Below are positions 19,166 through 27,161 of a DNA stretch of 57,704 nt, in pieces. This DNA comes from Candidatus Iainarchaeum sp. (GTDB taxonomy: Archaea > Nanobdellota > Nanobdellia > Pacearchaeales > GW2011-AR1). Made by a program: the position numbers and the translations under genes. The notes below the pieces were generated by a model that saw only the letters and a program-made list of their open reading frames with translations, made no database searches and was not told the DNA's origin. The stretch lies in assembly GCA_043815085.1 (NCBI GenBank), contig JBDRJG010000022.1, forward strand, positions 1 through 57,704, written 5' to 3'. How positions within the stretch are numbered: position 1 is the first letter of the stretch; the number at the start of each line of letters is the position of its first letter.

Positions 19166-19635
19166 ACAAAAAAGGTTTTCTTTTAGCTGAGGAAACATTA
19201 AAAATTCTAGTTGCTTTGGTTTGCCTCGTTTTTTTAATCTTTCTTGTAATTTCATTGTATAATTCTGCAACAAAGGATAAAAAGCTAGAATATGCAAAGG
19301 CAGATTTATCTCAGATATACGATATAATTTCTACCTTAAAGGAGGGTGAAACCAAATCTCAGATTTTACCAAATCCAGAAGGGTGGCATCTTTATAGTTT
19401 TGTGGAAAGTGAAAAACCAAATTCTTGTATAGGGGATAATTGTTTGTGTATTTGCGATAATGTTTTTATAAGATTAATTAGTTCTCAGGCAGAAAAATGC
19501 AATAAAAAAGGAACTTGCCTTATTGTTTCAGATTTAGCAAAAGGAAATTTAGATATAAAGATTAAAAATCCCACCTTTTTAAGAATTAGAAAGCAGAGTG
19601 GGAAGATTTTTATAGGGGAGACAAATGAACTTTGA
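19162..19635 (+). CDS. Prepilin-like protein (class III signal peptide), Cys-containing globular part
   Basis: MNKKG/FLLAEETLKILVALVCLVFLIFLV. Gly at -1 and Glu at +5 relative to the predicted cleavage site. Six Cys in the C-terminal domain. Confidence 0.55.
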   Translation: MNKKGFLLAEETLKILVALVCLVFLIFLVISLYNSATKDKKLEYAKADLSQIYDIISTLKEGETKSQILPNPEGWHLYSFVESEKPNSCIGDNCLCICDNVFIRLISSQAEKCNKKGTCLIVSDLAKGNLDIKIKNPTFLRIRKQSGKIFIGETNEL

Positions 19636-19726
19636 AATTATTTTTAAATATGCAATTTGGATAATTTTCTTGGCAATTATATTGTTCGGATTGTTTTTTC
19701 TTTTAAATAAAGCAGGAGTGTTATGA
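19625..19726 (+). CDS. 33-aa hydrophobic microprotein (not in ORF track)
   Basis: MNFEIIFKYAIWIIFLAIILFGLFFLLNKAGVL. It overlaps both neighbours, with its stop in ATGA with the next start at 19723. Confidence 0.25.
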   Translation: MNFEIIFKYAIWIIFLAIILFGLFFLLNKAGVL

Positions 19727-20700
19727 TGAAAAAATCTTTTAAAATAGAGAGAAAAGGAGAATTAACAACTTATCAAATAGTTTTGTTAATAATTCTGTTA
19801 GTAAGTTTTGTACTAATTTTAATTTTTCTTTTTAGACTTAATCTTGGAGGAGAAACTGAAAAGGAAATCTGCCATAACTCTGTTGTAATGAAAGGGAGTG
19901 CAGTCATCCCAACTGAATCAATCCCGTTAAAATGCTCAACAAAATATGTTTGCATCACTCTAGATGGGGCTTGTGAAGAATTGACAAAACCAGAAATTAA
20001 ATATGTAGATTCAAAAGAAGAGATTTATAGTGTTCTTTCTGAAGAGATGATGGATTGTTGGTGGATGTTTGGAGAAGGAAAAGTAGATTATATAAAAAAT
20101 GAAATTTTAAAGAAAAATCATTGCTCAATATGCTCTCAAATATATTTTGATAAGAGTTTATCAGAAATAAATGGAATCGACGAGGTAGTAAGCAAAGACG
20201 AATTATATTCTTATATGTCTGAGATAAATGTTCCAGACAAAGAAATTACTTATTTAGAATATCTTTTTAGAACAAATGATTTAGAGGGTTTAAAGAGAAA
20301 TATAGCTCAAGATAAAAATAATCCTGAAAGAATCGGGACTTTTGGAAATATACTTGTCGGAGAACATTATTTTATTGTAATGGGAATCACAAGCGAGATA
20401 AACACTTTTGGATGGGCGATTAGGGGCGCTGCAGTTGGAGGGATAGCAGTTGTTACTCTTGCAACATTTGGGGTTGGAACTGCCGGTTTTGCTGCAGTGT
20501 TAATAGGGGAAGCAGCAGGTGCTGCTGTAGGAGGAGTAATTGGTCCAAAAGTTGCAGAAAGAGTTAGACCAGAGATAGGAGCAATAATTCTTGAAGGGGA
20601 CGGAGTTGATAACATATTTATGGCCCCCACAATTCAAGAAGCAGAGTCAGAAAAATTCAAAGCATTAAACTGCGCAAATATTTTAACTAGTCTCAATTAA
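19723..20700 (+). CDS. Prepilin-like N-terminus, Cys-rich domain and Gly/Ala-rich C-terminal membrane segments
   Basis: MMKKSFKIERKG/ELTTYQIVLLIILLVSFVLILIFLF. C-terminal region is AIRGAAVGGIAVVTLATFGVGTAGFAAVLIGEAAGAAVGGVIG. Confidence 0.5.
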   Translation: MMKKSFKIERKGELTTYQIVLLIILLVSFVLILIFLFRLNLGGETEKEICHNSVVMKGSAVIPTESIPLKCSTKYVCITLDGACEELTKPEIKYVDSKEEIYSVLSEEMMDCWWMFGEGKVDYIKNEILKKNHCSICSQIYFDKSLSEINGIDEVVSKDELYSYMSEINVPDKEITYLEYLFRTNDLEGLKRNIAQDKNNPERIGTFGNILVGEHYFIVMGITSEINTFGWAIRGAAVGGIAVVTLATFGVGTAGFAAVLIGEAAGAAVGGVIGPKVAERVRPEIGAIILEGDGVDNIFMAPTIQEAESEKFKALNCANILTSLN

Positions 20701-20701
20701 A

Positions 20702-21115
20702 ATGAAAAAAAAAGGAACAATTCTTATAGAAAATGTTGTATTCATTATTTTAAATTTAATTTTTTTAAGTGTATTGGTTTTATTTTTGCTTAGGCAGGGG
20801 AGCGGAGCAATTGTATTGGAGCAGATTTATGCTAAGGAAATTGCAATGATTGGCGATTCTGCAAAACCCGTTATGATGATAAAAATAGATATGAGTAAGG
20901 GAAAAAAGCTTGTGGATGGAAATGGAGTTGATTTTAGCAAGATAGTAAAAATTAATGAGAATATCGTAGAAGTTAAACTGACTTCTAAAGGGGGATATAG
21001 ATATGCTTTTTTTAATAATATAGATTTGACTGCATATGCTGAAAGAGATGATAAAAATGAGTATACCGGAATGTATGTATTGACAATAAATGAAAAGGAA
21101 AAAGAAAATGAATAA
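20702..21115 (+). CDS. Prepilin-like protein (class III signal peptide)
   Basis: MKKKG/TILIENVVFIILNLIFLSVLVLFLL. Gly at -1 and Glu at +5. Confidence 0.55.
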   Translation: MKKKGTILIENVVFIILNLIFLSVLVLFLLRQGSGAIVLEQIYAKEIAMIGDSAKPVMMIKIDMSKGKKLVDGNGVDFSKIVKINENIVEVKLTSKGGYRYAFFNNIDLTAYAERDDKNEYTGMYVLTINEKEKENE

Positions 21116-21644
21116 AAAAGGCACAGATAAGATGTTGTCTTTATATTGGTTTGCAATATTAACAATTGTAGCAGGAGGAATCTTTGTCATGGTTTATATC
21201 TTTTATGGGGCTCCTTATGATGTCAGAAAAATAGAATCCCAATTGTTTGCTAATAAAATTGTAGATTGTATTTCTCAAGGAGGGAGAATAAATGCTGTTT
21301 TTTTGAGTAATCAAGTTTTTAATTCTGAAATTCAAGAGAATTTGTTAGAAGAATGCACACTCAATTTTAATGTGGAAGAAGAATATGGAGTAAGTACCCC
21401 CCAATATTTTCTTGAAATTGAGTTTTATACTTTGGATGACTTGTCTGAACCTGCATTTAAATTAAATGAAGGAAATCTTAATTGGGAGAAAAGTTGTTTT
21501 ATTAAGAACAAAAAAGCAGAAGATTATAACCGGTTTCCAAAGTGTGCAGAAAGAAGATTTTATGCATTAGATGAAGAAAATAATCAATATTTAATTAAAG
21601 TATTATCCGCTGTAGGAAAATTTGAAAAAAATGTTAAACAATAA
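21108..21644 (+). CDS. Prepilin-like protein
   Basis: MNKKG/TDKMLSLYWFAILTIVAGGIFVMVYIF. The start overlaps the previous gene's end. An alternative ATG exists at 21090. Confidence 0.5.
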   Translation: MNKKGTDKMLSLYWFAILTIVAGGIFVMVYIFYGAPYDVRKIESQLFANKIVDCISQGGRINAVFLSNQVFNSEIQENLLEECTLNFNVEEEYGVSTPQYFLEIEFYTLDDLSEPAFKLNEGNLNWEKSCFIKNKKAEDYNRFPKCAERRFYALDEENNQYLIKVLSAVGKFEKNVKQ

Positions 21645-21966
21645 ACTGAACAAAAAAGCGCAGGTGGGAGAAACAATAACCTGGGTGGTTGCAACAATTA
21701 TAATTATTTTTATCTTGTTAACTTCTGTATATGTCTCAATTTTATTGGGGAAAATAAAATCTATAAAATCTAGCCCAAAATTAGATTTAGGAGAATCTTC
21801 TATTGATTGGATAGATGTTAAAACAGAAATAGCATATAAAATTAATAATAAGAATAAAGATAAAATAGAAAATTGGATTTCTCAGGAAAATGAAGAGGAA
21901 AGTGATTCTTCTCTTATATTTGGAGGAGGAGAGTTTAGTGGAGGGGGGGCCGGAGGAGAATATTAA
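21631..21966 (+). CDS. Prepilin-like protein with Gly-rich C-terminus
   Basis: MLNNKLNKKA/QVGETITWVVATIIIIFILL. The C-terminal tail is FGGGEFSGGGAGGEY. Confidence 0.55.
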   Translation: MLNNKLNKKAQVGETITWVVATIIIIFILLTSVYVSILLGKIKSIKSSPKLDLGESSIDWIDVKTEIAYKINNKNKDKIENWISQENEEESDSSLIFGGGEFSGGGAGGEY

Positions 21967-21987
21967 TTTCTGTGAAAGGATATTAAA

Positions 21988-22281
21988 ATGATAAATAAGC
22001 GAGTTAACAAAAAAGCAGACATACCTGTAACGATATTAGTAATAGGGGTTTTTGCAGTTTGCGTTCTTGCTTTAATTATTTTCTTAAATTCCTCCCACTA
22101 TGCAGGAAAATATTTTGCTGGAATTAATTTAATAGAAGAGGCAAAGGCAAGAATAGAAGCAGGAAGTTTAAATCATTTATATCTAGATAAAAGAAAAACT
22201 AAATTTGATATTGAAATTGGAGAGGGGGGAATTTCCTTTTTTAAAGAAAAAATAATCTTTTCAGTAGAGTATAACCCTTAA
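21988..22281 (+). CDS. Prepilin-like protein
   Basis: MINKRVNKKA/DIPVTILVIGVFAVCVLALIIFL. Confidence 0.55.
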   Translation: MINKRVNKKADIPVTILVIGVFAVCVLALIIFLNSSHYAGKYFAGINLIEEAKARIEAGSLNHLYLDKRKTKFDIEIGEGGISFFKEKIIFSVEYNP

Positions 22282-22310
22282 TTTAATCTTTTCTTGAAAA
22301 ACCAATAAAA

Positions 22311-22318
22311 TTTATAAA
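22311..22318 (+). promoter_or_regulatory. Internal TATA box TTTATAAA
   Basis: Ends 21 nt upstream of ATG 22340. Confidence 0.4.
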
Positions 22319-22339
22319 CCCTTTAATCCTTTTGAATAG

Positions 22340-22921
22340 ATGAAATCGAATACTAAGAGGTTATTTTTATCCTTATTTTTCAGCTTGTTAATTGTTAATT
22401 TATTTGGATTTTTTGGAATTGTTTCTGCAGCTGCAGGAGATACAATCACTTATAATGTTAATCAAGAAATAAATGTAGATGCGGGCCTTGGAAAAGTTCT
22501 GGGGTTTTTGAATATTACTGGAACCTGGAGAGAAGTTGTCTTAGGATTAATTGTCTTGCTTATAATTTTTGCAGCACTATATGATATTCTTATGCTTATT
22601 AACATTTTTCAAATTAAGTGGGTAAAAATAATTATTGCAGCTGGGCTTGCTATTGTAGCAGCTTTGACAAATGTTGTTTCTAAATTCACATTATTCTTAC
22701 TGAAAGTTGCAGCAGGATTTGGGGCAATAGGAATATTCATAGAGATTATAATCACTATAATACTCTTTGTCGGATTAGCTATGGGAAGCAATTGGATTGC
22801 CAAATGGGCTGCAAAGAGAAAAGGGCAGGCGGCAGAACTTGCAGCAATTGAGTCTTCTGGAGATACTAAAGCAGCCATAAGAGGAATGAGAAATATTCAA
22901 GAAGAGTTTGAAAGAAAATAG
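22340..22921 (+). CDS. Secreted/polytopic membrane protein of the pilus cluster
   Basis: 193-aa ORF with signal peptide ...FGIVSAAAG followed by about four TM helices. Unknown family. Confidence 0.5.
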   Translation: MKSNTKRLFLSLFFSLLIVNLFGFFGIVSAAAGDTITYNVNQEINVDAGLGKVLGFLNITGTWREVVLGLIVLLIIFAALYDILMLINIFQIKWVKIIIAAGLAIVAALTNVVSKFTLFLLKVAAGFGAIGIFIEIIITIILFVGLAMGSNWIAKWAAKRKGQAAELAAIESSGDTKAAIRGMRNIQEEFERK

Positions 22922-22966
22922 ATTAGAAATATTAAGGCTTAAAAAGGGCTTTTAATTATTTATTTT

Positions 22967-23665
22967 ATGAAATTCGGGAGATTATTTTTTATTTTTATTC
23001 TTGGGATTCTTCTAATGCAAATTCCTTTTGTTATTGCAGAGAAAACTGATTTTGGTGGGGGGGGATTTGGAGGAGCAGGAGCAGGGGGGAGTTTCACAAC
23101 AGACATTGCAGAAGGAAATGCAGATTATTTAACAGATTTTGCAGATTCAAGCAAATGGGGGAATTTATCCCAAAATTGGAAGCAAGAACTTTTAAGCACC
23201 GGATTTTTTTCAGGAATGAATGTTTTTCTCAGTAAAATTAATTTTGTATTTGTAATCCTTTTTGGAGAGTCTTATGAATTCTCTCTTCTTTTTGTATTTA
23301 TTATAATATTATGGTTTTGGTTCTTCTTTCAGTTTAAAAGAATACTGAAAGCAATTTCTCTTTTTTCATCCTGGGTTTCTTTAATAATTTCTTTTGGTCT
23401 TGCAGTTGCATTGGCTCAGCTGGGACTTTATAAGAGTCTTTCGGCTTTTTTTGTAAAATTGATATTTCTGCCTAAAAGTCCTTGGTTAGGAATTGTATTC
23501 TTTTTCTTGATAATTGCTGTTTTAATTATCCTTTCTAAGTTCGGGAAAATGATTGAAATAAAAACAGCCAAAAATAAAGAACTTTTAGAAAAAGAAAAAG
23601 AAAAGATAAATCGTAATGTTTTGGACACATATGTTGGCGGATTAAAAAAAGGTTTTGATAAATAA
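22967..23665 (+). CDS. Secreted/polytopic membrane protein with Gly-rich N-terminal segment
   Basis: 232-aa ORF with a signal peptide, then DFGGGGFGGAGAGGSF, then several TM helices. Confidence 0.5.
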   Translation: MKFGRLFFIFILGILLMQIPFVIAEKTDFGGGGFGGAGAGGSFTTDIAEGNADYLTDFADSSKWGNLSQNWKQELLSTGFFSGMNVFLSKINFVFVILFGESYEFSLLFVFIIILWFWFFFQFKRILKAISLFSSWVSLIISFGLAVALAQLGLYKSLSAFFVKLIFLPKSPWLGIVFFFLIIAVLIILSKFGKMIEIKTAKNKELLEKEKEKINRNVLDTYVGGLKKGFDK

Positions 23666-23726
23666 AGAGGAAATATTTATAAACAGCATTTTACTTTATA
23701 ATTTATAAATTAGCAAAAAGGGGAAA

Positions 23727-24050
23727 ATGAAAAATAAAAAAGCCCAAGGTATGAGTACATCAACTATTATCCTTATGATTTTAGGATTAGTTATACTAGT
23801 TATTTTAATTCTTGGATTCACTTTGGGATGGAATAAATTTCTTCCTTGGTTAAAAACAAATAATTTAGAAACAATAAAAACTACATGTGCTGTTGCATGC
23901 TCTACAAACAGCATCTATGATTTTTGCACTTTGAGCAGAGAAGTTAATGATGGGGAAAATGATAAATTTTCATCAAATTGTGAAGAGCTATCTACAGCAG
24001 ATAAGTATAAACTCTATGGAATCACTCCTTGTCCGAATATCTGCCCTTAA
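23727..24050 (+). CDS. Prepilin-like protein, Cys-containing
   Basis: MKNKKA/QGMSTSTIILMILGLVILVILILGF. Six Cys in the globular part. Confidence 0.55.
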   Translation: MKNKKAQGMSTSTIILMILGLVILVILILGFTLGWNKFLPWLKTNNLETIKTTCAVACSTNSIYDFCTLSREVNDGENDKFSSNCEELSTADKYKLYGITPCPNICP

Positions 24051-24193
24051 TGGTTCTAAATTCTAAAATGTCTTCAAATCACAGTTCTGGTTTTGAAAAA
24101 AGAAATAAAGGGAAAGATAAACGCAGAGAGAAGAAAAAGCATCCTTATCAGAAAGGCGGGAAATATAGGTCTATTAAAATTAAGAGTGAATAA
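24050..24193 (+). CDS. Possible 47-aa highly basic peptide (not in ORF track)
   Basis: The ATG overlaps the preceding TAA (TAATG). Sequence MVLNSKMSSNHSSGFEKRNKGKDKRREKKKHPYQKGGKYRSIKIKSE. This could be a chance ORF. Confidence 0.2.
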   Translation: MVLNSKMSSNHSSGFEKRNKGKDKRREKKKHPYQKGGKYRSIKIKSE

Positions 24194-24201
24194 TTTATAA
24201 A
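24194..24201 (+). promoter_or_regulatory. TATA box TTTATAAA
   Basis: Ends 21 nt upstream of ATG 24223. Confidence 0.45.
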
Positions 24202-24222
24202 TAATAATTTCTAATTTCTTTT

Positions 24223-25053
24223 ATGTTTGAGGTGATTTTTTTAATTGTTCTTGGGTTAATCTGGATTTTATTTGCAGTAGTGCAGGATTTAAAAAAGAGA
24301 GAGATTGCGAATTGGCTTAATTTTTCACTTATAATTTTTGCATTGGGCTTTAGGCTTTTCTATTCTTTATTTTTCGATTCAAATTTAATATTCTTCTACC
24401 AAGGATTAATTGGATTTGTACTTTTCTTTTTTTTGGGAAATATGCTTTATTATGGAAGAGTTTTTGCAGGAGGAGATGCAAAACTAATGATTGCATTAGG
24501 AGCAATCTTGCCTCTCTCTGAAAGTTTATATGCAAATTTAAATTTGTTCTTTTTATTTTTTATACTTTTTTTGATTGTCGGGGCAGTTTATGGATTAATA
24601 TTCAGTTTAGTTTTAGCAATAAGGAATAATAAAAATTTCAAGAGAGAGTTTACAAGAAAATTTGTGAAAAATAGGATGCTCTTTCATGTAAGTTTAATTG
24701 TTTCACTTATTTTTGTTTTTATCTCTTTTTTTAATAGAATTTTTATTTATCCTGCTATTCTTGTTTTTCTCTCTCCGTATATTTATTTCTCAGCCAAGGC
24801 AATAGATGAAGTCTGCATGATTAAAAAAGTCCCTGTATCGAAATTAACAGAGGGGGATTGGCTTTACAAGGATGTCCGGATTGGTAGAAAAATAATAAAA
24901 GCAAGCTGGGATGGCTTGAGCAGGGAGGAGATAAATCTGCTAAAAAATAGATATAAGAAAGTCTTAATTAGACGGGGAATACCTTTTAGCCCTGTTTTTT
25001 TAATATCTTACTTAATCTTTTTTCTTCTTATCAATAAAATCTCTTTTATTTAG
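24223..25053 (+). CDS. A24-family prepilin/preflagellin peptidase (PibD/FlaK/EppA-like) with archaeal C-terminal domain
   Basis: 276-aa polytopic ORF. First catalytic Asp in VQDLKKREIANW (codon 24286-24288), second in FAGGDAKLM (codon 24475-24477). Confidence 0.75.
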   Translation: MFEVIFLIVLGLIWILFAVVQDLKKREIANWLNFSLIIFALGFRLFYSLFFDSNLIFFYQGLIGFVLFFFLGNMLYYGRVFAGGDAKLMIALGAILPLSESLYANLNLFFLFFILFLIVGAVYGLIFSLVLAIRNNKNFKREFTRKFVKNRMLFHVSLIVSLIFVFISFFNRIFIYPAILVFLSPYIYFSAKAIDEVCMIKKVPVSKLTEGDWLYKDVRIGRKIIKASWDGLSREEINLLKNRYKKVLIRRGIPFSPVFLISYLIFFLLINKISFI

Positions 25054-25065
25054 AAATACAATTTT

Positions 25066-25719
25066 TTATGGGATTCTTTTAGGCAACCACATTTTTGATT
25101 CTTCAATTTTTGTTATTTTTGGTTCTTTAATAGTTTTTATTTTTTGTTTTTTTTCTAGAACGTTCTTTAATTCCTCGAGTTCCTCTTTGGATATCTGCTG
25201 TCTTGGAGAATTAAGAGATTCCTCATTATAAATTGGAAGCAGATTAACTATTGCTTCTCCTAGAATAATCGAAGAAGAAATTAAAACTTCTTTTGGCTTA
25301 AATTTTGTTTTTATTTTTTTTGAAATTTTCTCTGCGAGGGCAAAAAGAGATTTTGGAATTTCTCCAGTTTTTTTGACTGTTTTTTTTGGAATTAGAATTA
25401 TATGCGCTTTTGAGATCGGATTTATTTCCAAAACAGCAATAGAATCTTTGTTCTCATCTATCTTATAAGAGGGTGTTTTTCCTTCAATAATTAATCGGAA
25501 TGGGGTGTCTTTGTTATTTCCTTCCCAAACATTCCCTTCTTCTCCCCCCTCTGAAGTATTAATTAAATTATTTTTCTTTAGAAATTCAATAAATTCCTCA
25601 TTTTCCATAGATTTTATCTGGTTTATAGCAGAATCTTTTTTATCTTCTGGAAAAGTAGATTCAATTTGTTGTATTACCTGTTTTTTTAATTCTTCAATTT
25701 GCTCTTTGCTTATTCCCAT
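25066..25719 (-). CDS. HIT-like domain protein with degenerate histidine triad
   Basis: FRLIIEGKTPSYKIDENKDSIAVLEINPISKAHIILIPKK resembles the HIT fold. The HxHxHxx position reads EAIVNLLPIY, with no His. Confidence 0.45.
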   Translation of the reverse strand: MGISKEQIEELKKQVIQQIESTFPEDKKDSAINQIKSMENEEFIEFLKKNNLINTSEGGEEGNVWEGNNKDTPFRLIIEGKTPSYKIDENKDSIAVLEINPISKAHIILIPKKTVKKTGEIPKSLFALAEKISKKIKTKFKPKEVLISSSIILGEAIVNLLPIYNEESLNSPRQQISKEELEELKNVLEKKQKIKTIKEPKITKIEESKMWLPKRIP

Positions 25720-25782
25720 TATTCTAGTAAAAAAGAACTCTTAATAAGTTTTATGTAATTGCGTTTTCCCTGATTAAGATTA

Positions 25783-26055
25783 TCATGCAATCTTTCGCAT
25801 ATCAATTGTCTGAACTGATTGAACGTTTTTAATTCTTCTTAAAGATTCTTCTAAAGATTCGATCTCTTTTTCTTCAGGCCATTGAAAAAATGTTATTATT
25901 GCTTTAAGTCCGAATGCAATCGGTTCTATTTCGTATTCTCTATTTATTCCCCCATAAGATTCTATAATTTTCTTCGCTTCCTGCTCTATTAAATTTAAAT
26001 TTACAGAGGGAGAAATGGGCATTATCTTTATTTTTATTCCTGCAATTCCTACCAT
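25783..26055 (-). CDS. ef1b: Translation elongation factor aEF-1 beta
   Basis: 90-aa ORF. KIKIMPISPSVNL...IEPIAFGLKAIITFF is typical of archaeal EF-1beta. Confidence 0.8.
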   Translation of the reverse strand: MVGIAGIKIKIMPISPSVNLNLIEQEAKKIIESYGGINREYEIEPIAFGLKAIITFFQWPEEKEIESLEESLRRIKNVQSVQTIDMRKIA

Positions 26056-26076
26056 AAACTATTGTAAGGAAGGGGG

Positions 26077-26084
26077 TTTATAAA
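26077..26084 (-). promoter_or_regulatory. TATA box TTTATAAA for ef1b
   Basis: Lies 21 nt upstream of the minus-strand ATG at 26055. Confidence 0.45.
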
Positions 26085-26125
26085 TTTTCATATTTTTGTT
26101 GTACTAGATTTTAGTATCACAATCC

Positions 26126-26133
26126 TTATAAAA
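26126..26133 (+). promoter_or_regulatory. TATA box TTATAAAA for the RPA-like gene
   Basis: Ends 20 nt upstream of ATG 26154. Confidence 0.4.
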
Positions 26134-26153
26134 GATAATTATTTTTTTTGTTT

Positions 26154-27080
26154 ATGGTGAGTGGAAATTATGAAAAGCTTGTGGAAAAGATTGCAAAATT
26201 TTCTGGATTAGAAAAAGAAGAAATTGATAGGAAAATTGAAGCAAAAAAAGCAAAACTATCTGGTTTAATCAGTTCTGAGGGGGCTGCACAGATTGTTGCT
26301 GCTGAATTAGGTGTTAATTTTGAAAATGAGAAATTAAAAATAGATGAACTTTTACCTGGAATGAGAAAGATTAATACTTGTGGAAAGATATTAAACCTTT
26401 CTCCTGTGAGGACATTTAAAACTCAAAAAGGAGATGAGGGAAAAGTTTTAAATTGTATTCTTGCAGATGAGACTTCCAATATAAAAGTTGTTTTTTGGGA
26501 TACAAATCACATCTCTTTGGTTGAAAAAGGAGAAGTTAAAGAAGACGATATGATTGAGATATCTAATGCTTCTATGAGAGAGAGTGAACTTCACTTGGGG
26601 AGTTTCTCTGAAGTAAAGAAAAGCAATAAAAAAATAGAGAATATAAAGACAGAAAGAGTGATTAAAGAAAAAAAGATTAAGGATTTTAGAGTTGGAGACA
26701 ATATTTTTCTGAGGGCTTTTGTTGTTCAGTCTTTTCAACCCAAGTTTTTTGAAGTGAATAAGGAAACAGGAAGAAAAATGACAGAAGAAGAAAGGGTGCA
26801 AGGGATACAAACTGATAGGAGGGCCCTTGTAAACATTGTTCTTGATGATGGAACAGAAACAATTCGGGCAGTTTTATTTAATGAAAATCTTTCTGCTTTA
26901 GGCTTAAAAAATTTAGATGAACCCGAAAGATTGTCTTATCAGATTGAGGATTTGCTTGGAAAGGAATTAATTTTCTCTGGAAATGTAAGAAAAAACAATT
27001 TCTTTAACAATGAGGAATTTATTATTGATTCTGTAAAACCGATTATTCTGGATGAGTTAATTGCTCAACTGGAAAATTGA
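26154..27080 (+). CDS. Replication protein A-like ssDNA-binding protein (OB folds)
   Basis: N-terminal helical domain, then OB-fold-like GKILNLSPVRTFKTQKGDEGKVLNCILADETSNIKVVFWD and a second OB-like block. Start set to the ATG at 26154 (the track uses TTG at 26148). Confidence 0.65.
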   Translation: MVSGNYEKLVEKIAKFSGLEKEEIDRKIEAKKAKLSGLISSEGAAQIVAAELGVNFENEKLKIDELLPGMRKINTCGKILNLSPVRTFKTQKGDEGKVLNCILADETSNIKVVFWDTNHISLVEKGEVKEDDMIEISNASMRESELHLGSFSEVKKSNKKIENIKTERVIKEKKIKDFRVGDNIFLRAFVVQSFQPKFFEVNKETGRKMTEEERVQGIQTDRRALVNIVLDDGTETIRAVLFNENLSALGLKNLDEPERLSYQIEDLLGKELIFSGNVRKNNFFNNEEFIIDSVKPIILDELIAQLEN

Positions 27081-27132
27081 AAAAAGCGGGGTTGAGCAGA
27101 TTTTTCAATATATATTTGTTATCCAAATAATC

Positions 27133-27140
27133 TTTATAAA
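27133..27140 (+). promoter_or_regulatory. TATA box TTTATAAA
   Basis: Ends 21 nt upstream of ATG 27162. Confidence 0.45.
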
Positions 27141-27161
27141 CTGGATTCTATTTTTGTGGTC

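Noticed and set aside
20367-20630. An 87-aa Pro/Ala-rich minus-strand ORF.
   Set aside because: It is the reverse complement of the Gly/Ala-rich (GGx/GCx) C-terminal region of the 19723-20700 gene, a classic shadow ORF.
13352-23064. G7-G8 homopolymer tracts (13352-13359 as a C8 run on plus, 21943-21949, 23057-23064) in pilus-region genes, considered as possible slipped-strand phase-variation switches.
   Set aside because: Equivalent G6-G7 runs occur in housekeeping or unrelated genes (1031-1037 in the M16 peptidase, 11685-11691 in the PRC-barrel gene). All are in-frame GGG-GGG Gly-Gly codons, so this looks like Gly codon usage rather than contingency loci. Only population length variation would revive the idea.
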